DNA of 64,000 nucleotides from Eledone cirrhosa (Eukaryota), in the NCBI GenBank assembly GCA_964016885.1, contig OZ024743.1:362638001-362702000 (forward strand), given 5' to 3'. Under the pieces are notes generated by a model. It ran no database searches and was not told the DNA's origin. It was given only the letters and a program-made list of their open reading frames with translations. Positions 1 to 11,822 of this stretch are shown one piece after another; position 1 is the stretch's first letter; each line of letters opens with the position of its first letter. The translations under genes and the position numbers were made by a program.

Positions 1-2160
1 TTAAGTCGTTTGGAAGCCTCGACAATGCAAATGGGTAAATCTCCGGGTAACAAGGTCCGGTGGTGGAGAGAGAGATGTAAGTGGGTGTACGTTGAGATGC
101 GTGGTGTGTATAAGGCCCATCGTATCGAGCGTGGAGGGACCACTCTACAAAATTTCATGGCTCCTAGCCAGAATACTCAAACCCATCTTAGACACCTTGC
201 CGGGACACGTTAACAGCTCCGAGGAGGTGTTGAAGCGCCTGCATCAAATGGATCCCGACACCAGAAGGAATAACAGATATGCCTTCAGCCTTGATCTAGT
301 CGCTCTCTACACCTCGGTCCCGGCACTCCCGGCCGTCAATATACTAATGGAACGCGTCCAATCCACCGACCTACACTGCTTCGGGCTCACCACCACTGAC
401 ATCCACCAACTCCTATCCATCGTCGTCGACAACACCTACTTCGGATTCCTTGACCAAATATACCAACAAACCTCGGGATTGCCCATGGGATCAAGCCTAT
501 CAGGCGTGCTAGCGATCTCTTACATGGACAACCTCGAACGCAAGGCACTCAACGCCTGCCAACCCAACGCCGTAGCCTTTTTCTCAAGGTACGTGGACGA
601 TATCCTCATCCTCACATCTTCCCAAGACACGGCGAACAGAATCTATGAGACGTTAAACAACACGGACGAGAACATTGACTTCAGTGTTGAACACCCCAAC
701 GAAGACGGGTCACTTGCCCTCCTCGACTTCCGAATCAACATCACGGAACAGGGAAGGATCCACTGCAACTTCTACCGAAAGGCAGCCTGCAGGGACCTAT
801 TCGTTCACTACAAGTCCACCCTCCCTAATAGTGCCAAAAGAGGATACATCACGAATGAGATCGCGCGAATCAAAAACAGATGCAGCGATCCCGCGAATGG
901 TGTCACTCATACCAAGCGATTCCTCGAGGTGCTGGAGACGAACGGGTACCCTACCTCGATCACAGACAGAATAGGAGACACCAGACGCAAGAGACAGAGA
1001 AGCACCCAAGGCAAGTGCTTCCTTAAAATGCCACACCTGGGCGAGAAAACCACCAACGCTATCCGCAAGGCTATACGGAGGGAGGGCCTCGACATCCACC
1101 TGGCCCACTCGGGCCCCTCCCTGCGAAGATGTCTCTCCAGGAAACCCGAAAAATCTACTGACGCATGCTCCCTCAGAGACTGCCCGATACGCCACGCGAA
1201 CTGTTGCCTACGCACATACGTCGTGTATAAGATAGAATGTGACAGGTGCAACCAATACTACATAGGTAGCACAATTCGACCTTTGCACATCCGGATCAAG
1301 GAACACACTAAAACCAGGGCCTCGTCTTTCCGGAAACACATAGACAAATGCGGAAACAAAGACGGAAGGCCCATTGTCACAATTCTAGCGACTGAAAGAA
1401 ACGTCGGCACGTTACGTATCAAGGAAGCGCTTTTTATCAAACGACTGCAACCGCAAATAAACAACCGATCAGAGAGAAGCGAAATGAGATGGCTGGTTTA
1501 AGTTAACAAGCGATGCAACAACACACAACACACGCACACACACACACACGCAAACGAGACAACTACACACACACACGCGCACACACACAGTAGCATTCCA
1601 CCATACGAACATATTACACTGCCAATACAGAGGAACAAGGCAACAACACACGCACACACACACACACACACACTCAAGCGAGACAACAACACACGCACAC
1701 ACACACACAGTGACATTTAACAAACAGGCAGAGAAAGGACTGACAGCTAGCGCCATCCCACTCCCTCATTCGGCCGCTGACCTCTGTACGACCGACCCCA
1801 TTTCACGCGCACGCGCGCTCTGCCGAATACCTCAGATATTCAAAACAACAAACAGCGAAGGACGCGTTCCGGACTTATCCGACAGACAACCTTTTCCCCC
1901 ACCCCGGAAAAAACCCCAGTTGATGGATGTGAATCCGAAATATATAGGGACTATTAAATCTCTCCCAAGGTAACTCTCTCTTGTGTTGTTATTTTTATTT
2001 TATCCTTTATACTCTTCCCTTCATTCTACACATCTCACACATCTTATACACACCACGCATCTCAACGTACACCCACTTACATCTCTCTCTCCACCACCGG
2101 ACCTTGTTACCCGAAGATTTACCCATTTGCATTGTCGAGGCTTCCAAACGACTTAAAGAT
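1..2160 (+). mobile_element. Penelope-like retroelement (PLE), 5'-truncated, with an inverted copy of its 3' end at the left terminus
   Basis: ORF with PLE-type RT plus GIY-YIG endonuclease; 1-114 is the reverse complement of 2043-2156 (1 mismatch); degenerate hammerhead at about 1917-1948 followed by AAG|GTAAC, a donor-like site; ends at (TA)n. Confidence 0.9.
92..1501 (+). CDS. PLE reverse transcriptase / GIY-YIG endonuclease (N-truncated; genuine RT sequence starts near 110-115)
   Basis: Motifs RPIVS, SLDLVALYTSVP, QTSGLPMGS, RYVDD, LLDF, FYRK; C-terminal VVYKIECDRCNQYYIGST..RIKEH..KEALFI..PQIN (GIY-YIG). Confidence 0.88.
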   Translation: MRCVVCIRPIVSSVEGPLYKISWLLARILKPILDTLPGHVNSSEEVLKRLHQMDPDTRRNNRYAFSLDLVALYTSVPALPAVNILMERVQSTDLHCFGLTTTDIHQLLSIVVDNTYFGFLDQIYQQTSGLPMGSSLSGVLAISYMDNLERKALNACQPNAVAFFSRYVDDILILTSSQDTANRIYETLNNTDENIDFSVEHPNEDGSLALLDFRINITEQGRIHCNFYRKAACRDLFVHYKSTLPNSAKRGYITNEIARIKNRCSDPANGVTHTKRFLEVLETNGYPTSITDRIGDTRRKRQRSTQGKCFLKMPHLGEKTTNAIRKAIRREGLDIHLAHSGPSLRRCLSRKPEKSTDACSLRDCPIRHANCCLRTYVVYKIECDRCNQYYIGSTIRPLHIRIKEHTKTRASSFRKHIDKCGNKDGRPIVTILATERNVGTLRIKEALFIKRLQPQINNRSERSEMRWLV

Positions 2161-2169
2161 ATTTACATA

Positions 2170-2990
2170 TATATATTAGAAAGTGAGGGTTTTTTTACAA
2201 AATGAAAAATAACCGAGGTGTCCTACACGAGTGAAAGTATAAAGAAAAAAAGATGAAATCGAAAATGCAACTGGAGTCATTTAAAAAAAAAATATATATA
2301 TTTATTTGGTTCCTTTACCGGTTTCGCAGTTCTTCTGCTTTTCAAAAGTAGTCTATGGTTTTTATTCCCACTGATTTGTTAATTTGTGTTTGACTTGAGT
2401 TATGTTGGTGAGTCCTTATGGAAGGACGGAATGAATAGAATTTCGACTTCTACCACCACGTAAATTTCTAACCAGTGGCCAATCGGTTGACGGCATTTTG
2501 ATGCTGCATAGGGATTTCAGTTACTAATGTACTACTGTGTCACCTGTCGCATTCACTGCCATAGGCGGCACGGACTGGAATCGAATTCTGTCGATCGATA
2601 GATTATTGATTAGGTGAGATCCGCCGATTATGCATTGTTGCATAATAAATGCAGACAGTAGATAATGTACGCCCTCTTGCAGCATTAAGTGTGGCCGAAA
2701 CTCGAGTACAGGTATAGATCTATGGTACCCATTTACGTGTGTTGTATTGAAGCAATTAATTTTGTTTCTACTTTGGGATTTTTACATAACCTTACCTATT
2801 GAGTACACTGAGATGCAACCGGTACTAGCATGGAAACCTATGCTAATCCCATCAACTTATTGTTATTTCCTCCCAGAATGTTATTACAACAGTAAAGTTC
2901 CGACGAGCTTTTGATCGAACCTTGAGCTGATCAATTGCGAAATGCGCGTCACCAATCAATAAACGTAATGAACGCTTAACAAATCGTCCT
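2170..2990. mobile_element. Cluster of PLE pseudo-LTR remnants with degenerate hammerhead cores
   Basis: HHR-like cores at 2312-2348 (-), 2695-2712 (GAAA-CTCGAG-TA) and 2897-2953 (+); TATTGAGTAC tail at 2797-2806; flanked by (TA)n. Confidence 0.5.
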
Positions 2991-3192
2991 ATATATATAT
3001 ATATATTCCAGCTGATATTCCATATATATATTCAATATATATATTCCATATATATATTCCAATGGGAAATAAAGTGACTTGCTCAAGGACAAAAGGTACC
3101 GCTTGGTTCGGGAAACGAATTCACAACTCCAGCACTCGAACCACTAAGCCTCGAGCGTCGTACATAAATATATATATATATATATATATATA

Positions 3193-3280
<88 letters not shown>

Positions 3281-3568
3281 CAAGTAACGAAACGAAATTA
3301 AATTTCGTTTCGTTTGTAACTCACTTTTCTATGACTGACGCTTAAACAATTAAGTTAAAAATCTACATCCACATATGTATACTGAAATACTAGTATGCAT
3401 ATGAATACACACACGTATACATATGTAGATGTACCGAGTTTTTCACTGGTCACTTTACTGTGAGTGTCCAGCTATTCTGTATGTAAACACACAGACAAAC
3501 CGGTTTTTAGAGTCATACTGGTTTTTGAGGAAACACCTTTCCTCTATTCTCCAGAAAGCCAGACAAGG

Positions 3569-3613
3569 AATATTGAACTAGTTTCGATGTTGTTACATCT
3601 CATCAGCAATATT
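3569..3613 (-). ncRNA. Type I hammerhead ribozyme, array copy 1
   Basis: Reverse complement reads AATATTG-CTGATGA-GATGT AACA ACATC-GAAA-CTAG-TT-CAATATT. Confidence 0.88.
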
Positions 3614-4034
3614 TACCTATCTTCCGGCCTCTCTAGAGAATCGTAAAAGCACATATCGTTATATGCTTTTTCTATGAAAATTAGTAGTGGGCAGACTAAT
3701 TTGCATAGAGCGTGAGTACGTACCGGTTCAACGGAGACGATAAAAACAAATAACGAAACGAAATTAAATTTCGTTTCGTTTGTAACTCACTTTTGTATGA
3801 CTGACGCTTAAACAATTAAGTTAAAAATGTACATCCACATATGTATACTGAAATACTAGTATGCATATGAATACACACACGTATACATATGTAGATGTAC
3901 CGAGTTTTTCACTGGTCACTTTACTGTGAGTGTCCAGCTATTCTGTATGTAAACACACAGACAAACCGGTTTTTAGAGTCATACTGGTTTTTGAGGAAAC
4001 ACCTTTCCTCTATTCTCCAGAAAGCCAGACAAGG

Positions 4035-4079
4035 AATATTGAACTAGTTTCGATGTTGTTACATCTCATCAGCAATATT
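4035..4079 (-). ncRNA. Type I hammerhead ribozyme, array copy 2
   Basis: Identical to copy 1. Confidence 0.88.
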
Positions 4080-4501
4080 TACCTATCTTCCGGCCTCTCT
4101 AGAGAATCGTAAAAGCACATATCGTTATATGCTTTTTCTATGAAAATTAGTAGTGGGCAGACTAATTTGCATAGAGCGTGAGTACGTACCGGTTCAACGG
4201 AGACGATAAAAACAAATAACGAAACGAAATTAAATTTCGTTTCGTTTGTAACTCACTTTTGTATGACTGACGCTTAAACAATTAAGTTAAAAAATGTACA
4301 TCCACATATGTATACTGAAATACTAGTATGCATATGAATACACACACGTATACATATGTAGATGTACCGAGTTTTTCACTGGTCACTTTACTGTGAGTGT
4401 CCAGCTATTCTGTATGTAAACACACAGACAAACCGGTTTTTAGAGTCATACTGGTTTTTGAGGAAACACCTTTCCTCTATTCTCCAGAAAGCCAGACAAG
4501 G

Positions 4502-4546
4502 AATATTGAACTAGTTTCGATGTTGTTACATCTCATCAGCAATATT
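4502..4546 (-). ncRNA. Type I hammerhead ribozyme, array copy 3
   Basis: Identical to copy 1. Confidence 0.88.
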
Positions 4547-5193
4547 TACCTATCTTCCGGCCTCTCTAGAGAATCGTAAAAGCACATATCGTTATATGCT
4601 TTTTCTATGAAAATTAGTAGTGGGCAGACTAATTTGCATAGAGCGTGAGTACGTACCGGTTCAACGGAGACGATAAAAACAAATAACGAAACGAAATTAA
4701 ATTTCGTTTCGTTTGTAACTCACTTTTGTATGACTGACGCTTAAACAATTAAGTTAAAAATGTACATCCACATATGTCCACATATTCTGGAGAATAGAGG
4801 AAAGGTGTTTCCTCAAAAACCAGTATGACTCTAAAAACCGGTTTGTCTGTGTGTTTACATACAGAATAGCTGGACACTCACAGTAAAGTGACCAGTGAAA
4901 AACTCGGTACATCTACATATGTATACGTGTGTGTATTCATATGCATACTAGTATTTCAGTATACATATGTGGATGTACATTTTTAACTTAATTGTTTAAG
5001 CGTCAGTCATACAAAAGTGAGTTACAAACGAAACGAAATTTAATTTCGTTTCGTTATTTGTTTTTATCGTCTCCGTTGAACCGGTACGTACTCACGCTCT
5101 ATGCAAATTAGTCTGCCCACTACTAATTTTCATAGAAAAAGCATATAACGATATGTGCTTTTACGATTCTCTAGAGAGGCCGGAAGATAGGTA

Positions 5194-5238
5194 AATATTG
5201 CTGATGAGATGTAACAACATCGAAACTAGTTCAATATT
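5194..5238 (+). ncRNA. Type I hammerhead ribozyme, array copy 4
   Basis: Stem I AATATTG/CAATATT, core CUGAUGA, stem II GAUGU/ACAUC, GAAA, palindromic CUAG stem-loop III, GUU cleavage triplet. Confidence 0.88.
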
Positions 5239-5659
5239 CCTTGTCTGGCTTTCTGGAGAATAGAGGAAAGGTGTTTCCTCAAAAACCAGTATGACTCTAA
5301 AAACCGGTTTGTCTGTGTGTTTACATACAGAATAGCTGGACACTCACAGTAAAGTGACCAGTGAAAAACTCGGTACATCTACATATGTATACGTGTGTGT
5401 ATTCATATGCATACTAGTATTTCAGTATACATATGTGGATGTACATTTTTAACTTAATTGTTTAAGCGTCAGTCATACAAAAGTGAGTTACAAACGAAAC
5501 GAAATTTAATTTCGTTTCGTTATTTGTTTTTATCGTCTCCGTTGAACCGGTACGTACTCACGCTCTATGCAAATTAGTCTGCCCACTACTAATTTTCATA
5601 GAAAAAGCATATAACGATATGTGCTTTTACGATTCTCTAGAGAGGCCGGAAGATAGGTA

Positions 5660-5704
5660 AATATTGCTGATGAGATGTAACAACATCGAAACTAGTTCAA
5701 TATT
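5660..5704 (+). ncRNA. Type I hammerhead ribozyme, array copy 5
   Basis: Identical to copy 4, 466 bp downstream. Confidence 0.88.
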
Positions 5705-5917
5705 CCTTGTCTGGCTTTCTGGAGAATAGAGGAAAGGTGTTTCCTCAAAAACCAGTATGACTCTAAAAACCGGTTTGTCTGTGTGTTTACATACAGAATA
5801 GCTGGACACTCACAGTAAAGTGACCAGTGAAAAACTCGGTACATCTACATATGTATACGTGTGTGTATTCATATGCATACTAGTATTTCAGTATACATGT
5901 GGATGTACATTTTTAAC

Positions 5918-5969
<52 letters not shown>

Positions 5970-5970
<1 letters not shown>

Positions 5971-6090
5971 AGGCGTGTGGCTGAGTGGTTAGAGAATTGG
6001 ATCGCAATCGTGAGGTTGTGAGTTCAATTCCTGGACCGGGCGATGCGTTATGTCCTTGAGCAAGACACTTTATTTCACGTTGCTCCTTCT
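5970..6090 (+). mobile_element. tRNA-derived SINE head
   Basis: A box TGGCTGAGTGG, B box GTTCAATTCC, then GTCCTTGAGCAAGACACTT core; related copies at about 12262-12430, 20350-20460 and 31092-31215. Confidence 0.7.
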
Positions 6091-6377
6091 ACCTGGAGTT
6101 GCGACCGATAGATAGTATTAGCAATTGGAAAGACCAACGGAAACATTGCTTCCTCGGTCCGATTTGACGAAAGTTGATCGTTCAAATATATATATATATA
6201 TATATATAGGAAAAAGAATGACCCCGACGGGAGAGCTCAAGCCGTTTCGACGGCTATTTCTGGACTAAGTATTGAGTACTCTGGTGCGTTATGGTCCATC
6301 TGGTTCCTTACCACAATTCCTTCGTTATATATATATATATATATATATAAATGATCATAGTATAATAAAGGTTTATT

Positions 6378-6435
6378 ATACTATGATCATTTCAATGACC
6401 GGGTTCCGTATTAATCCGGTGATATCATCAGGTAT
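6378..6435 (-). ncRNA. Minimal type I hammerhead ribozyme in a fold-back element
   Basis: Reverse complement: ATAC-CTGATGA-TATCACCGG..CCGGTCATT-GAAA-TGATCA-TA-GTAT. Confidence 0.72.
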
Positions 6436-6835
6436 TCGAAATATAATAAGTGAATGTAATAGATAAAATCCATGGGGCTGAAAATCAAAGACCCGAGGGC
6501 GACCGCCATTCACCATCTTCCACCTTTGCCGGTCGCCCTCAAGAGACGTGGCTAAAGCTTACAGTGTGCTACTACCGGTCAAATAAAGGAAAACAGAAAG
6601 GGATAGGAACATAAGTCAGCGTTAATATCATGCCACAAGAAAAAAGAAAGAAAGAAAGAAGAGAGAAGGTATAGTAGTTGCTTGAAGCATTGTGGAATAT
6701 GAGCATGAAAAGTGGGTATGTTTATGATGTATGTGTGTATGACAACTTTTATGTATAAACGGTGACTACGTTATACTCTCACAGACAATTGATAGGAAAT
6801 TCTATTTAGTCTTTTAGTTTGTATAGGAAACGTAA

Positions 6836-6867
6836 AGAAGAAGAAGAAGAAGAAGAAGAAGAAGAAG

Positions 6868-6896
<29 letters not shown>
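6836..6896. repeat. (GAA)n microsatellite
   Basis: Perfect GAA run. Confidence 0.95.
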
Positions 6897-6899
<3 letters not shown>

Positions 6900-7479
6900 T
6901 TGGATGCCTGGGTGGTTCGAAGAAAGTTGAAAAAGTCCGATGTCTCAGGGATAGAGGGCTGTGTTGGTTGTGGTAGTGGTGGTGGGGATTTTGTCTTATG
7001 CCAGTTATTTGATTAAATCACCAACACATCACTTTCACTAATGTTATTTAACATTTCTCTGTATTTCCTACTTTTAAGCTGTCTCCCCAACTCCTTTCAT
7101 TCTCTCTTATACCTTCTCCCTAGTCTTTACGCCGCCACCAAAAAGAATAACAACCACGACAACAACAATAAAAACACCAACAACAATGATTGTGCTCTCT
7201 TGCAAAATTGCTTCCTCTAACCACTCTACCGCCATCGCCACCACCTCCATTCACAGAAGCAGTATTCATATATGCGCGCATGTGTATATGTGTGCGAGGA
7301 TGTGTATGTGTGTATGTGTGAGTGCGCGCGAACGCATTGTGGGCTGTAATAAATACATGCGCCAGGCGTAACTAGTCGATATTAGCTAACTTCGCTATAA
7401 GTAACTTTTGTTCGGCTAGCGGGAGGAACGGCACGAGATGGAACAGCTGTCCTATATAGCTTAATCACCGCAAATATAC

Positions 7480-7970
7480 GACCACTACTTCCACCACCTC
7501 CACCATAACCACCACCATCACCACCACCACCACCACCACCATCAACAACACCATTTTAACCATCATAACCACCACCACCACCATAACCACCACCACCATC
7601 ACCATACCCACCACCGCCATAACCACCACCACCACCACCACCATCGACAACACCATTTTAACCATCATAACCACCATCACCACCATAACCACCACCATCA
7701 CCACCACCACCACCATAACCACTACCACCACCACCACCACCACCACCATACCCACCACCATCAACAACACCATTTTAAACATCATAACCACCATCACTCA
7801 CCATCACCACCATAACCACCATCATCACCACCACCGCCACCACTACTGCCACCACTACCACCACCACCACCATCACTACGACGACGACGACTACCACCAC
7901 CACCACCACCACCATCACTACCACTACCACTACCACCACCATCATCACCACCACCACTACCACCACTAGC
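7480..7970. repeat. Degenerate (ACC/ATC/ACT)n low-complexity tract
   Basis: Trinucleotide-derived repeat with recurring CAACACCATTTTAA subunits. Confidence 0.9.
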
Positions 7971-8726
7971 ACACTCGCCGTCATCATAAGCAGTAATATC
8001 ATTACTACTACAACCAAACATCCCCCTTACCTTCTTCTTTCCTGTCACTCTTTCTAAACCCCCACACTTTACACTTAAAGAGAAAATGTCTCAAAATTCA
8101 GCTTAGTGCTTTTTAGCGAAACTCCACCCTTCTCTTTTTTTTCCGTTTTATTGCTAGCCAGGTCGAGGAATTTGTAGTGTAGGGTCTGTAGGATGTGTGG
8201 GATTTTACGTTGTAGAAAAGATATGCCTCTGTATGTATGTATGTATGTATGTATGTATGTATGTATGTATGTATGTATGTATGTATGTATGTATGTATGT
8301 ATGTATGTGCATGCGTGTCTGTCTGTATGTAAGTATGTGTGTATGCGTTTATATGTGTATGCATACAGTCGTGCACACACAGATACATACGTACATACAG
8401 AAACGCATACATGGAACAAAGAATATGTTGCATCATATACATATTTATTACATATTACATATGTTTCGTTTCCCTGTCCATCAGCTCCAGGAACGATCTA
8501 TTAATGATCGAACCTGACTCTGGAATCGAAAGCTCCTCAGATATGTTTTAATATGCGGGCTCGTGTCTGAGAGTTTAGGAATATTTTCCGAAATCCTTCT
8601 TATAAGTTAGCACAAATTCTATCATAGTGGCATTCAGCCGTATTTGCTCATTGGTATATTTTCGGTCAGATAACGGCGGGATCTCTTTATAAATAAGCGG
8701 CTATTCTCACCATCCCGGTCAAATCA

Positions 8727-8765
<39 letters not shown>

Positions 8766-8776
<11 letters not shown>

Positions 8777-9120
8777 GAAAAATCAGTGATGCATCTGATC
8801 TCAATTTGTGTTACAATTGTTTCGCCGGCGATCATTGTGTGGATCTGCAGGTTCGACGGACACGTCTAATGATTTCGGAGCAGTGAAGGAGTTTGCTCCG
8901 AAATCATTAAACGCGTCCGTCAAACCTGCAGATCCAGAATCAAACAGATCCACACAATGATCGTGTCTCGAGCTGTCCGCTGGCGAAACAATTGTAACAC
9001 ACAATAAATTGAGTTCAGATGCATCACTGATTTTTCGTTTTATATATCATACTCTGCTCTGTAAGAGCATAGAGTGCTCAACCGTCATACCGCCTATGGA
9101 AGCACCTTAGCTACCACCAG
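8766..9120 (+). mobile_element. Fold-back mini-element (PLE-end derivative) between (TA)n and (CA)n
   Basis: Arms about 8766-8882 and 8894-9046 are inverted copies with indels; GAAA-CAATTG-TA motif; ACTC..GAGTGC tail. Confidence 0.7.
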
Positions 9121-9181
9121 ACACACACACACACACACACACACACACGCGCGCGCACACGCACACACACACACACACACA

Positions 9182-9235
<54 letters not shown>

Positions 9236-9239
<4 letters not shown>

Positions 9240-9420
9240 ATATAGAAATGGCTTCTACAGGACTAGAACTGTGTCATTCGAAGGAAATCATCAGGAAATA
9301 ATTTCCTTCGAATGAAACAGCTCTAGTCCTGTAGAAGCCATTTCTATATTAAATATTTATACCCTGCTATGTGTTGAGTACCTTACTTAGCGTGGTTACC
9401 GATGATTGAACCCGGGATAC
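9236..9420 (+). mobile_element. Fold-back mini-element, family A (HHR-like)
   Basis: Inverted arms 9238-9350; CTGATGA core on left arm (-); TGTTGAGTAC tail at 9372; relatives at about 11823, 22850-22960 and 28075-28215. Confidence 0.72.
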
Positions 9421-9483
9421 ACGCGCACACACACGCGCGCGCGCTCGCTCGCACGCGCACACAATGCACACACATATACATAT

Positions 9484-9935
<452 letters not shown>

Positions 9936-11822
9936 TGTGTGTGTGTGTGTATGTGTGTGTGTTGGTGTATGTGTGTGTGATGATGATGATGACGACGACG
10001 ACGATGAAAATGATGTTAATTACAAAGAATCTATCATTAACTTTGCTTTTCATCCTTACGAGTTCGATAAAATAAAGTACCAGTAATGTACCGGGTAATT
10101 GTGCCAAAAGTAAAAACAATTATTATTATCCCCCCCCCCCCCCCCCCCCAGTGGCAGAATCATTCGAATGTCGGGTGATCAAAATGCTTTACAGTATTCG
10201 CACAATGTCTTATGCAACTGTGTGGAGCAATATATCTCCTATCGGCAAGTGTAGGTTCTTCGGGACCGCAAGCCTAGATTATAAATCTTAAGATGGGATA
10301 AAGATGCAAGCTAAGCTTCTGCGTCACACAATAGCATTACTATCGCAATATATGAGACGACATAGCATGAGGGTCATGATGAACGTTGTCGACAATGAAG
10401 TTTGTCTTGGACTCGTTGTCACATTTGTAACACAGTATGTGCAGTTAATCAAGGACGAGGTAGCCAGGAAAGATGTGCGTTCTGGTGGGAAAGATGTGTT
10501 TCTGCCAGGAACAAAAGTATCTATAATACAAACAGCGACAATAATAAACAATATCTGTTACAACTTGACAAGTCAAGACATGAACTTAAATTACATCAAC
10601 AATATCACTTTATCCTTTGCTAACTTTGCAAAATATAAAGAAATATTGGACTTCGGTAAATTCAAAGTTGAAGAAGAGGCACGGATAAAAAAATCTTAGT
10701 GGAACTTCTATATACTATTAAAAGGGGATCTGGAGAAATCCCTAGCTGACGAGTAGATAAGGTATATAAAAGTGTGTCCCTGGTCTTTAGGACGGAAGAC
10801 GGATTGGTGTGACAGGTCGAGTTGGTGCATTACTCACCAGCCGATATACTTGTATTGCAGTATATGAAGAAAAAAATAGAAAAATTGATATACTGGCAAT
10901 AAAGCTTTCATTATTGCGGCAAAGTATGAGCAGAAGCGACACGACAAAATAGCCCTTAACAGAGTAAGATCTACATAAACATCCAGATCCTGAAGACCAC
11001 TAAAGATTACAAGGACAGATGGGAGATCCAACAACCTGGTTTTGGAGAGCACGAAGCCCAGTTAAAACACGCCTGGTGTCTCGAATGCAAACGCTTTGTA
11101 GATACTTCCAGTACTGTTAATAAATTCTCCTTGTGAAATGCATGCATATTTTCCCATGATATAGATGATATTGTAGCACATTTGAATTTCATTGAAAATC
11201 AAATTGATTATCATTGATTCAAATTATCTAAAATGATGAGAGATAAATATACCACTGGATAGACCACTGGTCCATTGGATGCAGAATCTCGCCACTAAAA
11301 GTTGACAAATCACTCTTTAAACAGTGCTGTTGTTTCGGGGCTGCCGAGCTGTTTCTGACATACGTAAGCTCTGTGGAAAGAAAACATGATTCATCGCACC
11401 CTTTCACAATCTCGAAGTCTCTGAAAAGGGTGCTGAGCGTTGTCCTTCCTTCCACCCCTCTCACATAATCATTAAAAAAAGATGCCTGTTTTTTTTTTTT
11501 TTTTTTTTTTTAATTCCTGTTACCTGGCCACAGAAACAACACAGTATGAAAGACAGGGTATCAGGTGACGCTGCTGATGATGTTGATGATTGCAAACGAA
11601 ATGATAGTCTTTTTGATGATTGGCTATGTAGAGAGCTAACGTCGGTCAGTTGAAGATATGGACACATAAGGCTCGTTTAATGATGACATCGTGTCTATCC
11701 TTTGCGGTCAGTAATCTTTAATTAGATTATAGCTTACCCCGCTTAAAGAGTGAATGGACACTCAATATTTAACAATGACCAGAACAGTTGCCCAGTATAG
11801 GCCATATCGATCGATATATAAT

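Larger units (their letters stand above)
3275..5923. repeat. 466-bp tandem repeat array in two inverted arms (3275-4777 and 4786-5923), retrozyme/pLTR-like
   Basis: Unit starts at 3275, 3741, 4207 and 4674 (466/466/467 bp), then reverse-complement copies; near-identical units; (TA)n on both flanks. Confidence 0.95.

Noticed and set aside
675-1464. Overlapping alternative-frame ORFs in the PLE
   Set aside because: Shadow ORFs of a GC-rich coding region with no motifs
3464-5809. Five identical 60-aa ORFs (MSSYSVCKH...)
   Set aside because: GTG start, no domain, antisense to the hammerhead; a by-product of the 466-bp repeat
3275-5923. CRISPR array or rDNA/satellite interpretation of the tandem repeat
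   Set aside because: No unique spacers, no rRNA similarity, eukaryotic context; the unit carries an HHR
5970-6045. tRNA gene
   Set aside because: A and B boxes are present but there is no complete cloverleaf, and it runs into a SINE body repeated elsewhere
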